64,000 bases of DNA from Microbotryum violaceum (GCA_001244265.2 CDLV01000013.1:186001-250000); one strand, 5' to 3'; shown: positions 1-14,156, counted from the stretch's first letter. The notes: generated by a model not told the origin, from the letters alone. Numbers and translations are program-made.

Positions 1-293
1 GCTACTTGAATCGCTTCATAGGTCGCAGAGGTCACGGGACCATGAAGCTCCGTGTCGGACCAGCTGGGAGCCCCACCTGCGTCGCGGGCAACTTCCTGGC
101 ATCACCAGAGCCAAAAGACAGAAAAAAGAGATTTCACGTACTCGTAGAGCAAGTCCTGATCGTCCTCCTCGGCGACGGCGCATAGTTTGGGTGACAGCGA
201 CTCGGACTTGGCCGTTGTATCGGGTGACCAAGTCGAGGATCGTGTACCATAGGGAGAAGAAGCCGACATTGTCGTGCTGTCCGATAAGGACAT
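1..293 (-). CDS. Probable first coding exon of a gene running off the left edge (hypothetical protein)
   Basis: ATG at 293 in good context (CAGCCATG). ORF MSLSDSTT...EEDDQDLLYE is followed by a GTACGT donor at ~141. No recognisable domain. Confidence 0.4.
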
Positions 294-1055
294 GGCTGGG
301 TGAGGTCCGAGCTGGCGACGTCGTCAGCGCGATCCAGGCGTGGTGATAAGCTCTTATCAGCTGCAGCGGAACGAGCGTTCGATCGTGCGGGTCGACGAGG
401 GCGAGGAAAGACAGATGAGCGGGTCCAAAGGCGTAAGCAAGCGATGGTGGTAAAGTCAAAGCATCCTTTATGGTGTTGCTCCAAAGATGTTGCTCCTTGT
501 GAATAGGACGCCACGTCGAGATGAGTGACGAAGGTCAGGCTCGCAGCCGCCGGGAATGAGGCTTCAATTGAATCGATGCGGCGGAGGAGCATTATTCGGT
601 GTAGCGCCTCTGGTACTCGAGCTGCACATCCCCTCCTCCTCAGCTTTTTGTTTTATTTTTGATATCAAGCACAAGGTTGGCTGTCTGGCTATCATCGGTC
701 TTTGTGAGGAGATTTGTGAGACTTTTTCGGCAGCACATGGCGATTCGCTTCTGCCTCCTGTTCTCGGATCAGGCCGCGATCCACACGACTATGCACCGTG
801 ACCTTGACACTGATACTATGTACACTGCGCTTTCTAGAGTCTTTAAAAGTTCTGTCGGCTCTATTATTTCGTTTCCGTGGTGCATTCCATGACCTGAAAA
901 GTGTGATCGTTCCGCCGTCGCTAATTCTCCGACTGAATCCATCCGAAACCAGCGTGCCCGTGCCCCTAAAATGTAAAGCCATAATCTCGAGGTCAAGAGC
1001 AATGTCATCACTATCTATTCCGCAGGGAGGCTTGACAAGATCTGCAAGTCCATTC

Positions 1056-3191
1056 CTACTCGGCAATCCGTTCCCTGGGCTCCTCGGCCGCTTTCGCGTC
1101 AATGACCTTCGTGTGCGCTGCCTCCTCCTCCTTAGTGTCAGTAGCCAACACCGAAAGCCCCTCCATCGACGGGAACTTGGGAAGCGGACAATCCATCTGC
1201 ATAGCCCTCAGAGACGAAGAAGTCGCCTCCACTTGCTGCTCAACCTGCAAACCCTCAACCATCCGCCCAGCGCGTTGCCTCTCCGACCCAATCCGTTCTG
1301 ACGAGGACAAATTGGACGTCGACCTGGCCATTTCTTGTCCAATCTCATCGAGCTGGAGAACCCTTGCGTCTTCAGGCTCATCATCGAATAAGTCTGGTCC
1401 TTCGGTGTTGGTGGTATCTCCAGACGCTTCGCTCTCGTCGGGGTATTTACCATAAATGTTCGCCTTCAGAATGCGCGGTAAGGAGAACCCTGGGTATGCT
1501 ATTGAATTCAAAGACGAGGAGACTGGGATTGAGCTCTGTGTTGGTTGTTGAGCATTAGAGACAGCTCGTCGCGTCCGCACCGGCTCGGTCCTATCGAGGC
1601 TAGGCGAAGTAGGCAGTGGGATGAATCGCGGGGTCGAGGAAAGCCCAACGGTCGAAGACACACGTCGCATCACGCTCGACGGGGAAGGCGACCCGGCCAT
1701 GGCTCGCTCGGTTTCCGAAAATGAGTTTCGTCCAGAATACGATTCGGTTGGTACAGGTCGGACTACGACCGAGATGAGCTCCCACTGTCGACGCTTGCTT
1801 CGACGAGCTTCCCTTGCCCGCTCCCTTCGGAAGATCTCGAGTGTTTGGCCCGAGGACTGGCTCACATCTCCGGCGGCATGTGAGGGATCAAGACCACCTT
1901 GATACGAACGCCCAGGCTTGGGTTTGGTTGATGGTTCGGATTGCGATGGGGTGCCATACCGCAAGGCTCGTGGGACGGCAACAACTCGGACCGATCGCGA
2001 TGCTGACGGCTCGGAATCCGAATCTGAATCGTCCTCGACTGTGCGAAGTCTCGCCGGCAGCAGTGGAGGGTTCGTATTTGTATTCGAAGAAGACCGTCTC
2101 CGGTAGGGTTCGTACGCCGGTCTTATTGGAGCTTGACTCGTCGTCGATGGAGGTCTCACCGGGCTGCTAGGTCCTGGTCCAGCCAAGGGATTGCTCGCCT
2201 CCGAGGAGGGACTCTTTGTACCAAATATTTTCTCGCTCAATCCTTCGAATAAGTTGCCGGGACCGGAAGAAACGACGTCCCACAGGCCCTGTTCGTTCGG
2301 TCGTTTTCTTCGCTGCGGTACCGATTCGACGATGTAGTCGTAGTCGTTCCAATCCGACCTGTCTTCGCATCGCGGACCGGGGAAGGTTGGGTCTGTGGCG
2401 TATTGTACCCGCAATGTCGATGTGACCGGATCAAAGACGAATTGTGGGCTAGGATGAGAGCGATGCGATGGAATGGACATGACGGGATGCGGGTAAGCGA
2501 GAGTCAGGGCCCCGTCTGCAGTGCGACCGGCGAAAGGGAGGAGGCACGTGACACGTGGAACACGCGAGGACAGGGGGTTAGCTGAGTGGAGCTGACCGCA
2601 TGCCTGGACGAACATCACTTGCCTACGCATTCAACGGGTCGGGAAGCAGCGACACTGTAAAGCAAACCATCCCAGCCAATGAACCACCTGGGCGCAACGA
2701 GAGATGAGTCAGCTTCACGTCGGCTGATCTGCCCTCGTCACAAGTGGGGGGAAGATATCCCGAGTCGCGTCGGGACAATTGAGAATCGGCGGCGAAAGGG
2801 CTCACAGTTGGTTATTGGCTCTGCACTGAAGTTGGTCCACATCTACTTGAGGTTGTTTGAGAGGGTGCAGTCCAATAAGAGCCCCTTCGTTGGTCTTGTG
2901 GCCAAGCAGATCTAGCACCCTTCCACCGGCGCCGCGGTTGCGAAGGATGAAGTAGCCCGATGGGAAGCCCAGTGCGGCCTGGGAATGATCAAATGCGGCG
3001 TGGTTGGGAAATATCGAGTGCGCGGATATGCTGGATTGGGCGGTCGCGTTCGCGGTCCCAAGCGAGGGCGACGACGGCGATCCGGGGACGGGTGCGACGA
3101 GCGAGGCGTATGACGGAGGTGGGGGCTGGTCTGACGAGTGGCCCAAGTTTGAGGCCGGATTATGTGCAACAGGGCCTGATGCTCGGTCCAT
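1056..3191 (-). CDS. Ricin-B lectin/CBM13-like beta-trefoil protein with long disordered Ser/Pro/Arg-rich C-terminus (spliced)
   Basis: Exon 3191-~2805 has GFPSGYFILRNRGAGGRVLDLLG...ALIGLHP...NNQL before a GTGAGC donor. The downstream ORF has AYPHPVMSIPSHRSHPSPQFVFDP...DYIVESVP. This pattern matches the basidiomycete ricin-type family as I recall it. 3' end uncertain. Confidence 0.55.
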
Positions 3192-6049
3192 GTTGGAAAA
3201 CTCTTCTGCGACAATTGAGCGGTGAAGTCCAACTTCACGACACGCGACACAAACGAGTTACAGACAGAGAGTCAGAGAGGTTTATGTCTGTTGAGTGCCC
3301 GGGCCGTCAACACGCCGACAAAACTAGGGACAAAAAACGAGACGAGCGCGCCAGTTGGTCCTGCCCGGGCACCTCGATAGTACGCTCCGGGGCGGACAGG
3401 ATATTACAGGTAATGTAGGGCTTTTATGGGGGTCTTTGCGGGCTCTATCATGCTCTACTAGACTTGAATAGTATGCATACGGTAAGGGAGGATGATACAT
3501 GCAGATTAGCGGGAGCTGTAGTCATTTCTTCTTTTTTTCGGGACGTTACCGCACATCCGTTGGCGTGGAGTACGCCTTACGCTCTGCCTATAGTGGGGCG
3601 TACTCCGAGGCAAGTACGCCCGGGGCGTACGTACCAAAACTTCGGAAAGCGTTCATTGCTGCCACTACACCTACCTATGGCATCTCCACCTGATGCCCCA
3701 ACGCCCAGCATTATCTCTTTCAAATTCGAACACAAGCCGAGAGCGCGAAGTGGGTCAACCCACTAATTCCTAATCACGTTCAGAGCGCCATTCCAAAGTC
3801 GGATCATGTTGCACTTTAGAGTGGAAGCGGCTTCGAAAACTCGCGGTCCCCTCAATCTAGTGCAGAGTATCGAACATGTGGCAGTGGCAGTCACCAGGTC
3901 GCCGATTGGCAAGGTGAGCACCATCAGAACGACGGAGCTCCAGGCGACCTCCTCTGTGCGACCGCCTGCTGTTCGACCGGTGCGGGCAGCAACGTTGCAC
4001 GACAAGTATACTCACCGTTATTAAGTAATAGGTTGCAAGGCCGAATCGGGAGATGATGTCCCTTAAACCATCGCGAGGGTGATCGTGCAGTGATGGGCTT
4101 GGGGTCAGGATGGGTCCGAGCACCACCAGCGGATCAAAGACGGCGGTCCCGCCCGATCAACGACGAACAAGCAAGAGCAGGACAAGCGAGCAAGTGGGAA
4201 GAAAAGCACTCACGGGTCGGGAGGTAACTACTCTGGTTGAATTATCATCACCAGTCATGAGGAACAGGTATTTCCAAAATTGTCGCGTTCGCTAGGCCCA
4301 AAGTGCCAACTGGCCAGGCCGATGAATAAGAAAGAACAACAGAAGAAGGGGTATGCGAGGTCGTCGCTGACTTGGAGGTGGGCGAAGCGTGCTGAGTCCT
4401 ATCAAGGACGCCACTGCCTCTGATCTTCGCCACCCCTGCCGAGCACCGAGCGCGGCGTGGCGCGGATCTGAAGCGAAAGCGCGGACAGGGGACCGTTCAC
4501 CACACAGCGAGGACGACGAGCCACCCCTCGGAAAGACCGAACACGTTGTCGATTGAGCTCGGTCACGTTTCAGCAGGTAGGGTGAGCTCTGATTATCAAC
4601 CCGGTTATGAGACCGCCACCATCGATACGGTGGCTGTTGCTCCAGCAGCTTTTCTCGCTATCACCTAGATCCACTCGGTACTCCGAGCTCCGTGGCGGCT
4701 TGCCTCAACTTACTGAAGCAACGAGAGGGTCGGTACCCAATTGAATGGATTCAGAGGATCGAAGATGTAATGAGGTAGAGGTTGGAGCTCAATGATCCTT
4801 TTGATCGATTGTGCCTTGGGTCGATGACTCGAGTACCACGCCATGTCCAGCCACCAGCGGTATGACTTTGGGTAGACAGGGAATGAGAATGAGAATTTGA
4901 ATTCCAGCTAGTCTACAAAGAGACGACCCTTTTCGGGCGCTGGACCACAGGGAGACTTCCCCAAATTGGCCATTACTCATCCCGAAAGCGATTTTGGCGC
5001 GGGCGAAAACTGGTATAAAGGGCTCCTGCACCTTCCGCGTTACCAGACCACCGTCCATGCACGGACCATGTCTAAACTCGCCGCCGGACCATCGCCACTC
5101 CTTCGCGATGACAGCCGAATGCAAATCCAGGGGAAAATGTAGTTTGAACTGCCAATCGTTGTCACCTTTTTCCAACGAAAGTGAGGCCATCACTGTGCTC
5201 ACCTCGCTGAGATGATCCCCGGGTAGTCTTATGAAGGGGTTGGCGCCGGAGGAGTTGCCTTACTGCAGCTCTGAACGAGATATTCGGCAGGTGGGGAGAT
5301 GACTACCGAGCGGGGCGTAGGCTGTGGCCTCGAGTGCATATCATCATAAGTCCCATCGATCTCGCTGTTGGAAGTTCTCTTCACACGGACAACAACAAGG
5401 CGTGCTCGACCTTCCAATTTCGAGCGACAAGAATGAATAGGTCGGGGCCGGGCTGCAGCCTGGGCTGGAGAGGGCGGCGGCGGCGGCGACTCGTACCAGG
5501 TGGTTGAAGACGGTTCCGGAGCTCTCGTAAGGTGCAATGCTGCTGTTGTGAACTCTCCTGTTCAGAGAATCATGCAAGGCCTTTTGAACTATAGAGTCGC
5601 AGGAAGGTGCATCTCAAAATTCGGTTCCATGTTTCACATTCTGTCACGCTTCTCGGCCGAGGCTCATCTGGAGAATCGAGATCCTTGTGCAAGCGCATAC
5701 ATCTACCCCAAAGCGAAAGCACGCCATCCGCCGGCGACTGAGCGCAAGCGCGGTACGGCGGCCGCGCCCGTACCCATCAGCGCACTTGTTGCGCGATTGG
5801 TCAGGTCGATGATCTGCGAGTTTTGCTAAAGGAAAGACTAGGTCCCCTCCCTAGCATACCACCTCTCAAATCTGAAGTCGATCCTCTCTCCTTCTCCCTC
5901 ACCTCCTCCACGTCGGTCCCTTTCTCTTCCCTCTCGTTCCACGTGCCACCACTGCACTCGCCGCATCTTCGAGCTGTCGGCGCTCGCCCAGATTTCGTCA
6001 CCGTCACCGAATCGACCGTCGCCGCTCGCCCAACGCAGCCTCTGCCACA

Positions 6050-8856
6050 ATGGCCACGATAATCGAACTACCGCAGCAAAAGACCTTTAAGGAAAAGGCG
6101 TTCGCATGGCTTGGACATGATCCCATCATCACGGAGACGGCTTCGACCCGAGGTGAGTGCAGTGCTTCAGTGGCCACGAATGCGCGTCGCGTTATTGCCG
6201 AGTTTCCTCCGAGTCCCGGGCCTTGCGAAAATGTCATCATCGACGCCCTCCGTGTTGCGCTCGCCCGCGGCTAGTGGTGATTAATGATTGGTCACCCGCT
6301 GGCCTGGCCGTGGGATTTGCCTTGCATGGGCATGGTAGAAAGCGTACTGACGTGGACTTAACACCCCCTAACAGATGCTCTTGCATCCGCCTCGAGTGAC
6401 CTTCCTGGTGCTGTGAGTGCTTTTTCGTGTATGACAGTCGAGGAACTCGGAGGGAGCGTGTCGACACGTCGCGTCGGAGAGCGAAGATTCGGCGACGCGC
6501 GCGGCACGCGACCGACCCCCTTTTCACTGCGCAGCGCACTCACGCAGTATCTTGCTTTGGCTTGGCTGGTGCTCTTGCGTGCCTCGTCATTTCAACCTTC
6601 CCACAGGCCGCGCACTATGTCAACCGCCTGTTCCCCTTCACCAAATGGATCCTCAACTACAACTTGGGATGGCTCACCGGTGATCTCATTGCCGGCTTGA
6701 CCGTCGGCATGGTCGTCGTACCTCAATCCATGTCGTACGCCAAAATCGCCACCCTCCCGCCCCAGATCGGTCTTTACTCGTCTTTCGTCGGTGTCATGAT
6801 TTACTGGCTTTTCAGTACTTCCAAGGATGTCACCATCGGTCCCGTCGCCGTTATGTCGCTCGAGGTATCCAAGGTTATCAAGCACGTGCAGAACAGTCCA
6901 ACTGGCAAGCAGTACTCGGCCACAGAGATTGCCTCGACGCTTGCGCTCATTTGCGGCATCATTGTGCTTGGTATCGGAGGCCTCCGTCTCGGCTGGATTG
7001 TCGAATTTATCTCGGCCCCGGCTGTCAGTGGCTTTATGACCGGATCCGCCATCTCCATCATTGCCGGCCAGCTCGCGGGTCTGATGGGCTATTCCAACAA
7101 GTTCGATACTCGGGCGTCGACGTATAAGGTCATCATCAACTCGTTCAAGTACCTTCCGTCGACCAAACGCGATGCCGCTTACGGTCTCTCGGGCCTGTTC
7201 TTCCTTTACTCCGTTCGCGCCGTGTGCAATCACTATGAGCGCACCGGCCGCACCTACACGATCCGGCGCACGGCCTTCTTCGTCGGCACCTTGCGTACGG
7301 CGCTCACGATCATCTTCCTCACGCTCTTCGCCTGGGTCCACTTGCGCCACCAGAAGCCGGCCAACTACGATATCTCGATCCTCAAGACCGTGCCCAGTGG
7401 TTTCCAAAACATGCAAGTCCCTCGTTTCCGCACCGGACTAATCAGCGAACTCGGCCCCCTGTTGCCCGTCTCGACCATTATTCTATTGCTCGAGCACATC
7501 GCCATCTCCAAGTCTTTCGGTCGAGTCAACAACTACAAGATCGACCCTAACCAAGAGTTGATTGCCATTGGTATCACAAATGTCTTCACCCCCTTCTTCG
7601 GGGGCTATCCGGCCACTGGATCTTTTTCGCGAACGGCCATCAAGTCCAAGGCTGGTGTGCGCACTCCTTTGGCCGGTGTCATCACGGGTATTGTCGTTAT
7701 TATTGCCATCTACGGGTAAGCCAGCCTGCCTTTCACGCCCTCATTTTGTGCACCGAGGTTCTGACATTCGTTCTCCCATATCACCAGGTTGACCGGCGCC
7801 TTCTACTGGATCCCAAATGCCGGTCTCTCCGCCGTCATTATCCACGCAGTCGGTGATTTGATCGCTTCGCCTCCTCAGGTCTATTCTTTCTGGCTCGTCT
7901 CTCCTCTCGAGGCCATCATTTTCTTCGGCTCCGTCATCATCACCGTCTTCACGACGATCGAGATCGGTATCTACGCTTCCGTCGCCGCCTCGGCTGCCTT
8001 GCTCCTCTACCGCATCGCCAAGCCCCGTGGAACCTTCCTCGGCCGCGTTCGCATCCACTCCGAGGACAACAACATCACGCGCGAAGTATTTGTGCCTCTC
8101 AATAAGGATGGCGTGCACAACCCTTACGTCAAGGTCGAGGCCCCGCCGCCAGGTATCATCGTCTACCGCGTCGAGGAGTCGTTCTTGTACCCCAACGCCA
8201 GTCGCTATGTCGACCACATCGCCGATTATGCCAAGGAGACAACTCGATCGGCGATCGATTACGACTCGTTGAGCTTGTCGCAGCGACCGTGGAACGACCC
8301 TGGACCGTTGCGCTTCTCCAAAAAGAAGACCCTCGTCCCGGGCCAACTCTCGGCCACGGACGCCAATGCGGCCAAGCCTCTCTTGCGCGCCATCGTCATC
8401 GACTGCTCTGGTATCAGCAACATTGATTCCACTTCGGTGCAGAACCTAGTAGACCTTCGTCGTGTCCTGGAGCGATATTCGGGCCAAGAAGTCGAATTCC
8501 ACTTTGCGTCCATTCTCTCGCCTTGGATCAAGCGTGCCCTGCTCGCCGGTGGCTTCGGTCGAGGCCGAGGCAGCCAACCGCTCGAAATCGCCGCAGTCGT
8601 CCCCGCCGGTACTGAGGCCGTCATCGAACGATACGAAAAGCACTTTCCTTCGTCGCCACCGAACGGTCGTATCCCTTCGGACGATAGTTCGAGTGCGAAC
8701 TCAAAGGTGCCTGACATCGAGGAGGCCGGCGGATCCCTCGACCAGCGATTAGGCGAGCATCTCACTCCAACAGGCCCTCTCGTCTCTGCCTTGACAAATC
8801 GCTTTCATCTCGATCTCGCAGCCGCCGTCGCCGCGGCAGCTGGTCGTGAATGGTGA
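6050..8856 (+). CDS. SUL1: SLC26/SulP sulfate permease with C-terminal STAS domain
   Basis: Exons ~6050-6152, 6375-6412, 6607-7715, 7789-8856 with consistent phases. Motifs GDLIAGLTVGMVVVPQSMSYA, GLYSSF, IGPVAVMSL, NQELIAIG, TGSFSRTA, and STAS IYRVEESFLYPNA...IDCSGISNIDSTSVQNL. Confidence 0.93.
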
Positions 8857-9640
8857 GCGTCGATTTATCAGGTGCCTCTTCTCGAGGGTTCAAGGTTATA
8901 GTGGAGTACTTCTCGTCGTGTCTCTTTGGGCCAAAAAAGCCGTGCTGCGGTGATCGCATGTTAGTTAGTTCCCCTTGTTTTCTTTTGGTTGTATTATAAT
9001 CTCATTATGCGCCGAAACAATATACTTCTGGTACGGATGTACCCTCGAGATGAGCTCAGTCCGCGCGAGGTACGATCGTCAAAAGCCGAACTTGGAAAGA
9101 ATCGGGCCGCCCGTGCCATACTCGACTCTCAAAATCCCGCTACGGGCCAAGTTTCGGATCTTCATCTACGTCAGGGACTATTTCAGGATTTATTGCGGTG
9201 GTTGTTGATCACCCGCCGATGGGGTTTGTCAGAAGCAATTTCAACGACTGAGACCGTTCTTCACTCTAACCGGAAAAAGGTTGGCGAGGCCCGCGCTCCG
9301 TGAGCTCTGACCTCTGATTTTGCAGTGATTGGCTCGTGCTAAACCGCCGCCTGACCGCGCAACTCGGGCAGCACTGCCTATTTTTTCTCGTACATCTACT
9401 TTTCCTCCCATACCAGACGCATACGACATCCGGTTTCATCGTCCGCGGAGCTCGGTTACGTAGACAAGACCCGGTTGCGGCTTCCAAAAGTTCAAGATTG
9501 CGCACTGCCGTTCTTTCCGAGCTAACTCCGCCGCGACACCCAAGCCGCGCCTCCATCATCTCGATTCTCCATTATGGCTGCTCCATTGGCAGCACTCATC
9601 AAGCTCCTCCAAGACAATGTGGGGGAGAAGATTGCCTCCG

Positions 9641-11489
9641 AATGGTTCAACCGCTGTAAGTTAGAGCTATCTACGATATTTCTCCCGCTCGGTAACCAGT
9701 ACAGGGGCTCGTAGTCACCCAGTTCCGCTCTCCGATGTTCCCCAGACGGCCCCCCCACGTTTGCAGCCATTGCGGAGGATCAGAATCCTTTTAATTTCAT
9801 CCTCGCGGCGGCTCATGAACTAATTTTTCCGGGACTGGGAAGATCCCCGATCATGTGAGTTCACCCTCTGCCGTGATCACCTTCCAAACCTCTCGGACTA
9901 CGCTAACGTAACCGCTCGACTGGATCGAACCGCAGACAAGCCTGGTGCCTCGTCGCGCTTTTCATCGTATCTATGATGATAGCATTAGCGGGACTCATTC
10001 TACGTCTCCGACAAGGACGCTTTTGGCTCGTCCATCGTATCGACTCGAGGGTTACGATGCCCAACATTTCTATCCAAAACTCTTTTTGGGCTTTCATGTA
10101 CAGCGCCTTGAGCATCGTCGCCCTCGCAATGACCGCTCGAATCGCGGCCGGTACCGACTACTCGTCGTGGTACGTCAACTTCGGTAGCTTCTTACCCCTC
10201 GTGCTGTTCATGGGCCAATACGCGGAGATCTGGGCAAGCTGCTCGAGCTATTTCGTCCGCCGAACCGGACGCCACGAGGACGACCCGCTCCTCGTCTCAA
10301 TTTGCTTCATGTTCCTCCCTCTCGCCTGGCCCCTTTTAGCCATCATCCCACCCCTCGTTGGCTTCATCATTGCGGCCCAGAACCTTCATCAAATCTTTGC
10401 GGGCGCGCGGAGATGCCTCAGCAATTTCCAAGCCCTTTCGGCAGCGTGGGTACCCGGCATGGGCACAGATAACCTTCTTGCCCAACTCACCGAGGGCATG
10501 GAACCCCTGCACCAGGTTCTGGCCAGCGGGTTAGCTTACACGAGCTACACTCAACTTGCCTTCGGTTACATGGGCTCCATATTGGCCATCACCTTTGTCG
10601 TATGTTCGAGGATCGTGGCGCAACATGTTCAAACGGTGGCCTACCACTGAATCACTGACACTTCGACCTGCTCCACCCCGTTCTTCAACAGCTGTACATC
10701 ATCGCCTCCGTAGTCGAGGTAATGAACCTCCGACGCCAGTCGCACAAGCTTCGCCAGCAAATCCAGGTTGGACTTGCTAGACCACCCCAAAGGCTCAGCT
10801 TCCCACCGAAAATCTCGTTGAACAGCGCTGCGGGTACGATTTCCAGTGAGCCGGCTTGGAATGGCTTTCAAATGGACTGCTCGGGGGATGATGCGCTCAC
10901 GATCCAGATCAAGTAAGTATGCATCATCAAACATGAGCGATCCGGGAGTTGAATCCTGACCCAACCCTCTTCTGGAAACCCCACCAGAATCCAAGAAAGT
11001 CTCCTCGAATGGGCAACAACGAACCGATTCCTCACGGCCATCCCCGTCTCCCTCATGCTGCTCTTTAACTCGGGCCTCTCCTTGTGGTCCGCGGCGAAGC
11101 CGATTCACCTAGGCAACAATTACCGCCCAGTGCAAAATATGACAATCGTCGCAGCTTGGATCAACGTGATCCTTTCGACCATTGTTGCGGTGTTGATTCT
11201 GTTCCGATCGCTTAGTGGTTCGCCGGAGGTCACGCTTAAAGTGAAGAGTTGGGCCCCTTGGTTACCTTTGGCACCCACCAGCACATCTCCCACAACGACC
11301 TTCACCGCGCCAGCCCCCTTAACTATGTCGTATCACACCGGGTCGACGAAGAAGAGCTCCTTCATGTTGGCGGAAGATTCTCAGAATGACCTGACGATGC
11401 CCGAGTCTGCGGGAACGGTCAGCGGGATTACGATCCAGAGGGAACGACAGGTGTTGGTCGTTGATGGGACTCAGCATTCTTCTGTATAA
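9641..11489 (+). CDS. Uncharacterised multi-pass (about 7 TM) membrane protein, spliced
   Basis: ORFs 9973-10650, 10722-10916 and 11055-11489 carry successive hydrophobic segments separated by GT..AG introns. The start (ATG 9641 followed by GTAAG) is tentative. Confidence 0.6.
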
Positions 11490-11637
11490 GCCTTCTCAAG
11501 TTCGGTTCAATCGTGAATTCCTTATCTCTCGTATTCGATTCCTAAAGGGATCGGGCCTCCTTGTTGTTAAATCGGTTATCTTTCTCAGCTTCATCTGAAT
11601 TGCATTAGCACCTCGTCAACCTCCATTTCCCTCCTGC

Positions 11638-13861
11638 CTACTGCCCCGGAAGTCCATCAAAGTACCCCTGACAAGTCTTCTCGATATCGATGACCTCCTT
11701 CGGTGCATCGACGCTGAGAATGACTTGATCCCGCTCCCGAACCAAGATCTCGTCTTCGACGCGGACGGAGGTGTTGTGGAATCCGACGGGGAAGGAGGTG
11801 TGCGGTGGGACGAAAATGCCGGGCTCGATCGTCTGGTGAGTCATGGGCTGCACGTAAGTAAAGTTTCCCTCCAAACATCGGGTTCGAGCGTCACCGAACT
11901 CACAATGACCATCCCCGCTTGGATGCTGTTCAGGGCCGAACCAGATCGAAATCAGTGACCGACCTCTGCAAAAGAGAAAAGCCCGCCCGCACTTACCTCT
12001 CCCCCCGACTAAACCCTGGCGTATCATGCAAATCGATTCCAATCGGATGCGTCAAGAAATGCGGGTACAGCGTCCTCTCTAAATCGCCGCCTCTCAAATG
12101 GAAGCCCAAATCCGTCAATTCAACCCTCATGATATCCACGCTCCTGCGATGCAATTCCTCCAAAGTCATCCCCTTCTCGGCGGTACAGAGTTTGATACAC
12201 TCCCTTTGGACGCGAAGGACGACTTCGTAGAGATGTTTTTGAGGGGTTGTGAATGACCCGGAGACGGGGAAGGTGCGGGTAATGTCCGAGGCGTAGCCGG
12301 CGTATTCACAGCCCGCATCGAGGTTGACGACGTGATTCGGAAGGAGGGGGAGTCGATTTGATGTGTAGTGGATTGTGAGACCCGAGGGGCCCGAGGCACA
12401 GACGGGGACGTAGGCCGGTCGTGGTGAGCCTTTTAATGCGCAGTGGTATTCAAAGTGAGCAACGATGGAGGATTCGTCGATCGCATCGGCAGAAGTAGAT
12501 GTAGGTTCGCAGAACCTCATGGCCTGTTCAACAATCCAATGTCAGCAAGGAAGGCAGCTTCACGTTGCTCGGGCTGGGAACTCACCTTGGCATGCCCTCG
12601 AGCCGAGATCTGCGCTGCTGTGGTCATAACCTTGATCTCGGCCTCGTTCTTGATCAATCTCAACCTTTCGACCTGCGCATTCGCCGACTTGACCGTCCTC
12701 CCACATCCACTCAGAAGTTCGAGAACTTCGCTCGTCTCGTCCAACGCATTCGCTTTCGGAACGAGGTAATCGAACAGACTCTTCTTCTTGGGCGGTAGTA
12801 AGGCCCTATTCCGCGAGGGTGTAGGTTCACCCGGCAGATCGACGTATATCGACCCATTCAAAGACGAGGAAGAAGACGGCGAGTTGAGGATAGCTTTGAG
12901 ATGTGTCGAAAGAAGTGCGATGTCGTGGGCCTCGTCGGCGCCGAAAACTTGGCAGGCGCCTTCTCGACCTGACCTCGGGCCGTTCCACGCTTCGTCGTTG
13001 GCGTCCTTGGGGGGTACGAACATGATCATCTTGTATCCTTTCAAACTCGAATCTTTGACTGTGGGAGATCCCGAGGTTCCGATATCAGTCTTCCGACCAC
13101 CTTTGTCGAGACGAGTGGCAAGCAACGAACCGAGAACCAGAAACGAATCAGGTTCTTCCCACCCCGTCAGGTACCTGCGAGCGTCAATCCACACACGAGT
13201 CAGCCAGATGGCCACGCCACTAATTGGTATGCCGGATGAAAGAGCCCTTACCAAAAGTTGGAATCTTGCCTAAACTTGTAGCTGCGCGAAATTCAGAATC
13301 GGCGAGGTGACGGGGCCAGGGTCAGCTGAGGCGTGCGGCGTACCACTTTTCTCAACAAAAAAGAGGAACAACGCACAATATCTTGGCCGTGGCATACTTT
13401 AGTCTAGCCCCAGCGATGACGACGATGCTCCCCGAGTCGAGGCGGTCCATGAGCGTGCGCCGTCGTAGCTCGTATTCATGTGCGCTGATGCCCGGTGTCA
13501 GCTCCCCCTCAGCCAAGAGGTGCGGATGCGTCGAGGGGAGAGGTTGACCGTATCCGGGGGAGGACATCGTCGAAGGATCGAGTGATGGTCCATGTGTCAA
13601 GGCGGTGGGCGCCGAGGAGGAGTGGTAAGCGTGTGATCGAGGTCGGAAGGAACAGATCGCGAACGAGGCAGCGGAGATCGAAGAGGAACACGCCGGCTGA
13701 CGAGTGCCAGATGGTGGTGGCGAGCGACCAAGCCGAGAAATGTGAGCAAGCGAATGAAACGACCTCGGCTGCATCCCGTCTTGGTGGTGGTACAACACTC
13801 TATGAGGAAACAAGGGCGAAAGATTACCAGCAAGCAGCCGCGGAGGAGCGACGATCGTCAT
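11638..13861 (-). CDS. ICP55: Mitochondrial intermediate cleavage peptidase / Xaa-Pro aminopeptidase (M24B)
   Basis: Motifs [31 protein letters not shown], 30-nt exon [10 protein letters not shown] (13252-13281), [36 protein letters not shown] and TIEPGIFVP...RVEDEI. Arg/Ser-rich presequence-like N-terminus. Start is ATG 13861 or 13774. Confidence 0.92.
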
Positions 13862-14156
13862 TGCGCGCCGGAGAGAATCGGGCCCGAAGCCGACAACAGG
13901 ATTCGTAAACAACATGTCACATCCGAGATAGAAACCTCGCAAAAAGGGCTCCTGAACATGCTTGGGTCTTTCCCATATTTGGAATGTGCCAGCGGGCTGT
14001 AGAAGTAGAATTCTCAGCAGCAGAATATTTCCCCAGAGTTCGGCCGGCCAGCTCCGCAAGTGTCACGTGACCGCGAGGACGACTGAAACGTGACTTTTTC
14101 CCTCGAACTCGTTCTCTTCCTTCAGCTGCTTACCCTTCTTGGCCACCACGCGCGCC

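Noticed and set aside
600-1055. ORFs 692-1102 and 769-1011 as further exons of the CBM13-like gene
   Set aside because: No convincing frame continuity. More likely UTR or intergenic sequence.
3763-5577. Several short minus-strand ORFs (e.g. 4789-5202, 4248-4433)
   Set aside because: No recognisable domain and I could not build a consistent spliced model. They may be a weak hypothetical gene or a remnant.
6592-8765. Long antisense ORFs over the sulfate permease (and similarly over other genes)
   Set aside because: These are shadow ORFs expected from GC-rich codon bias.
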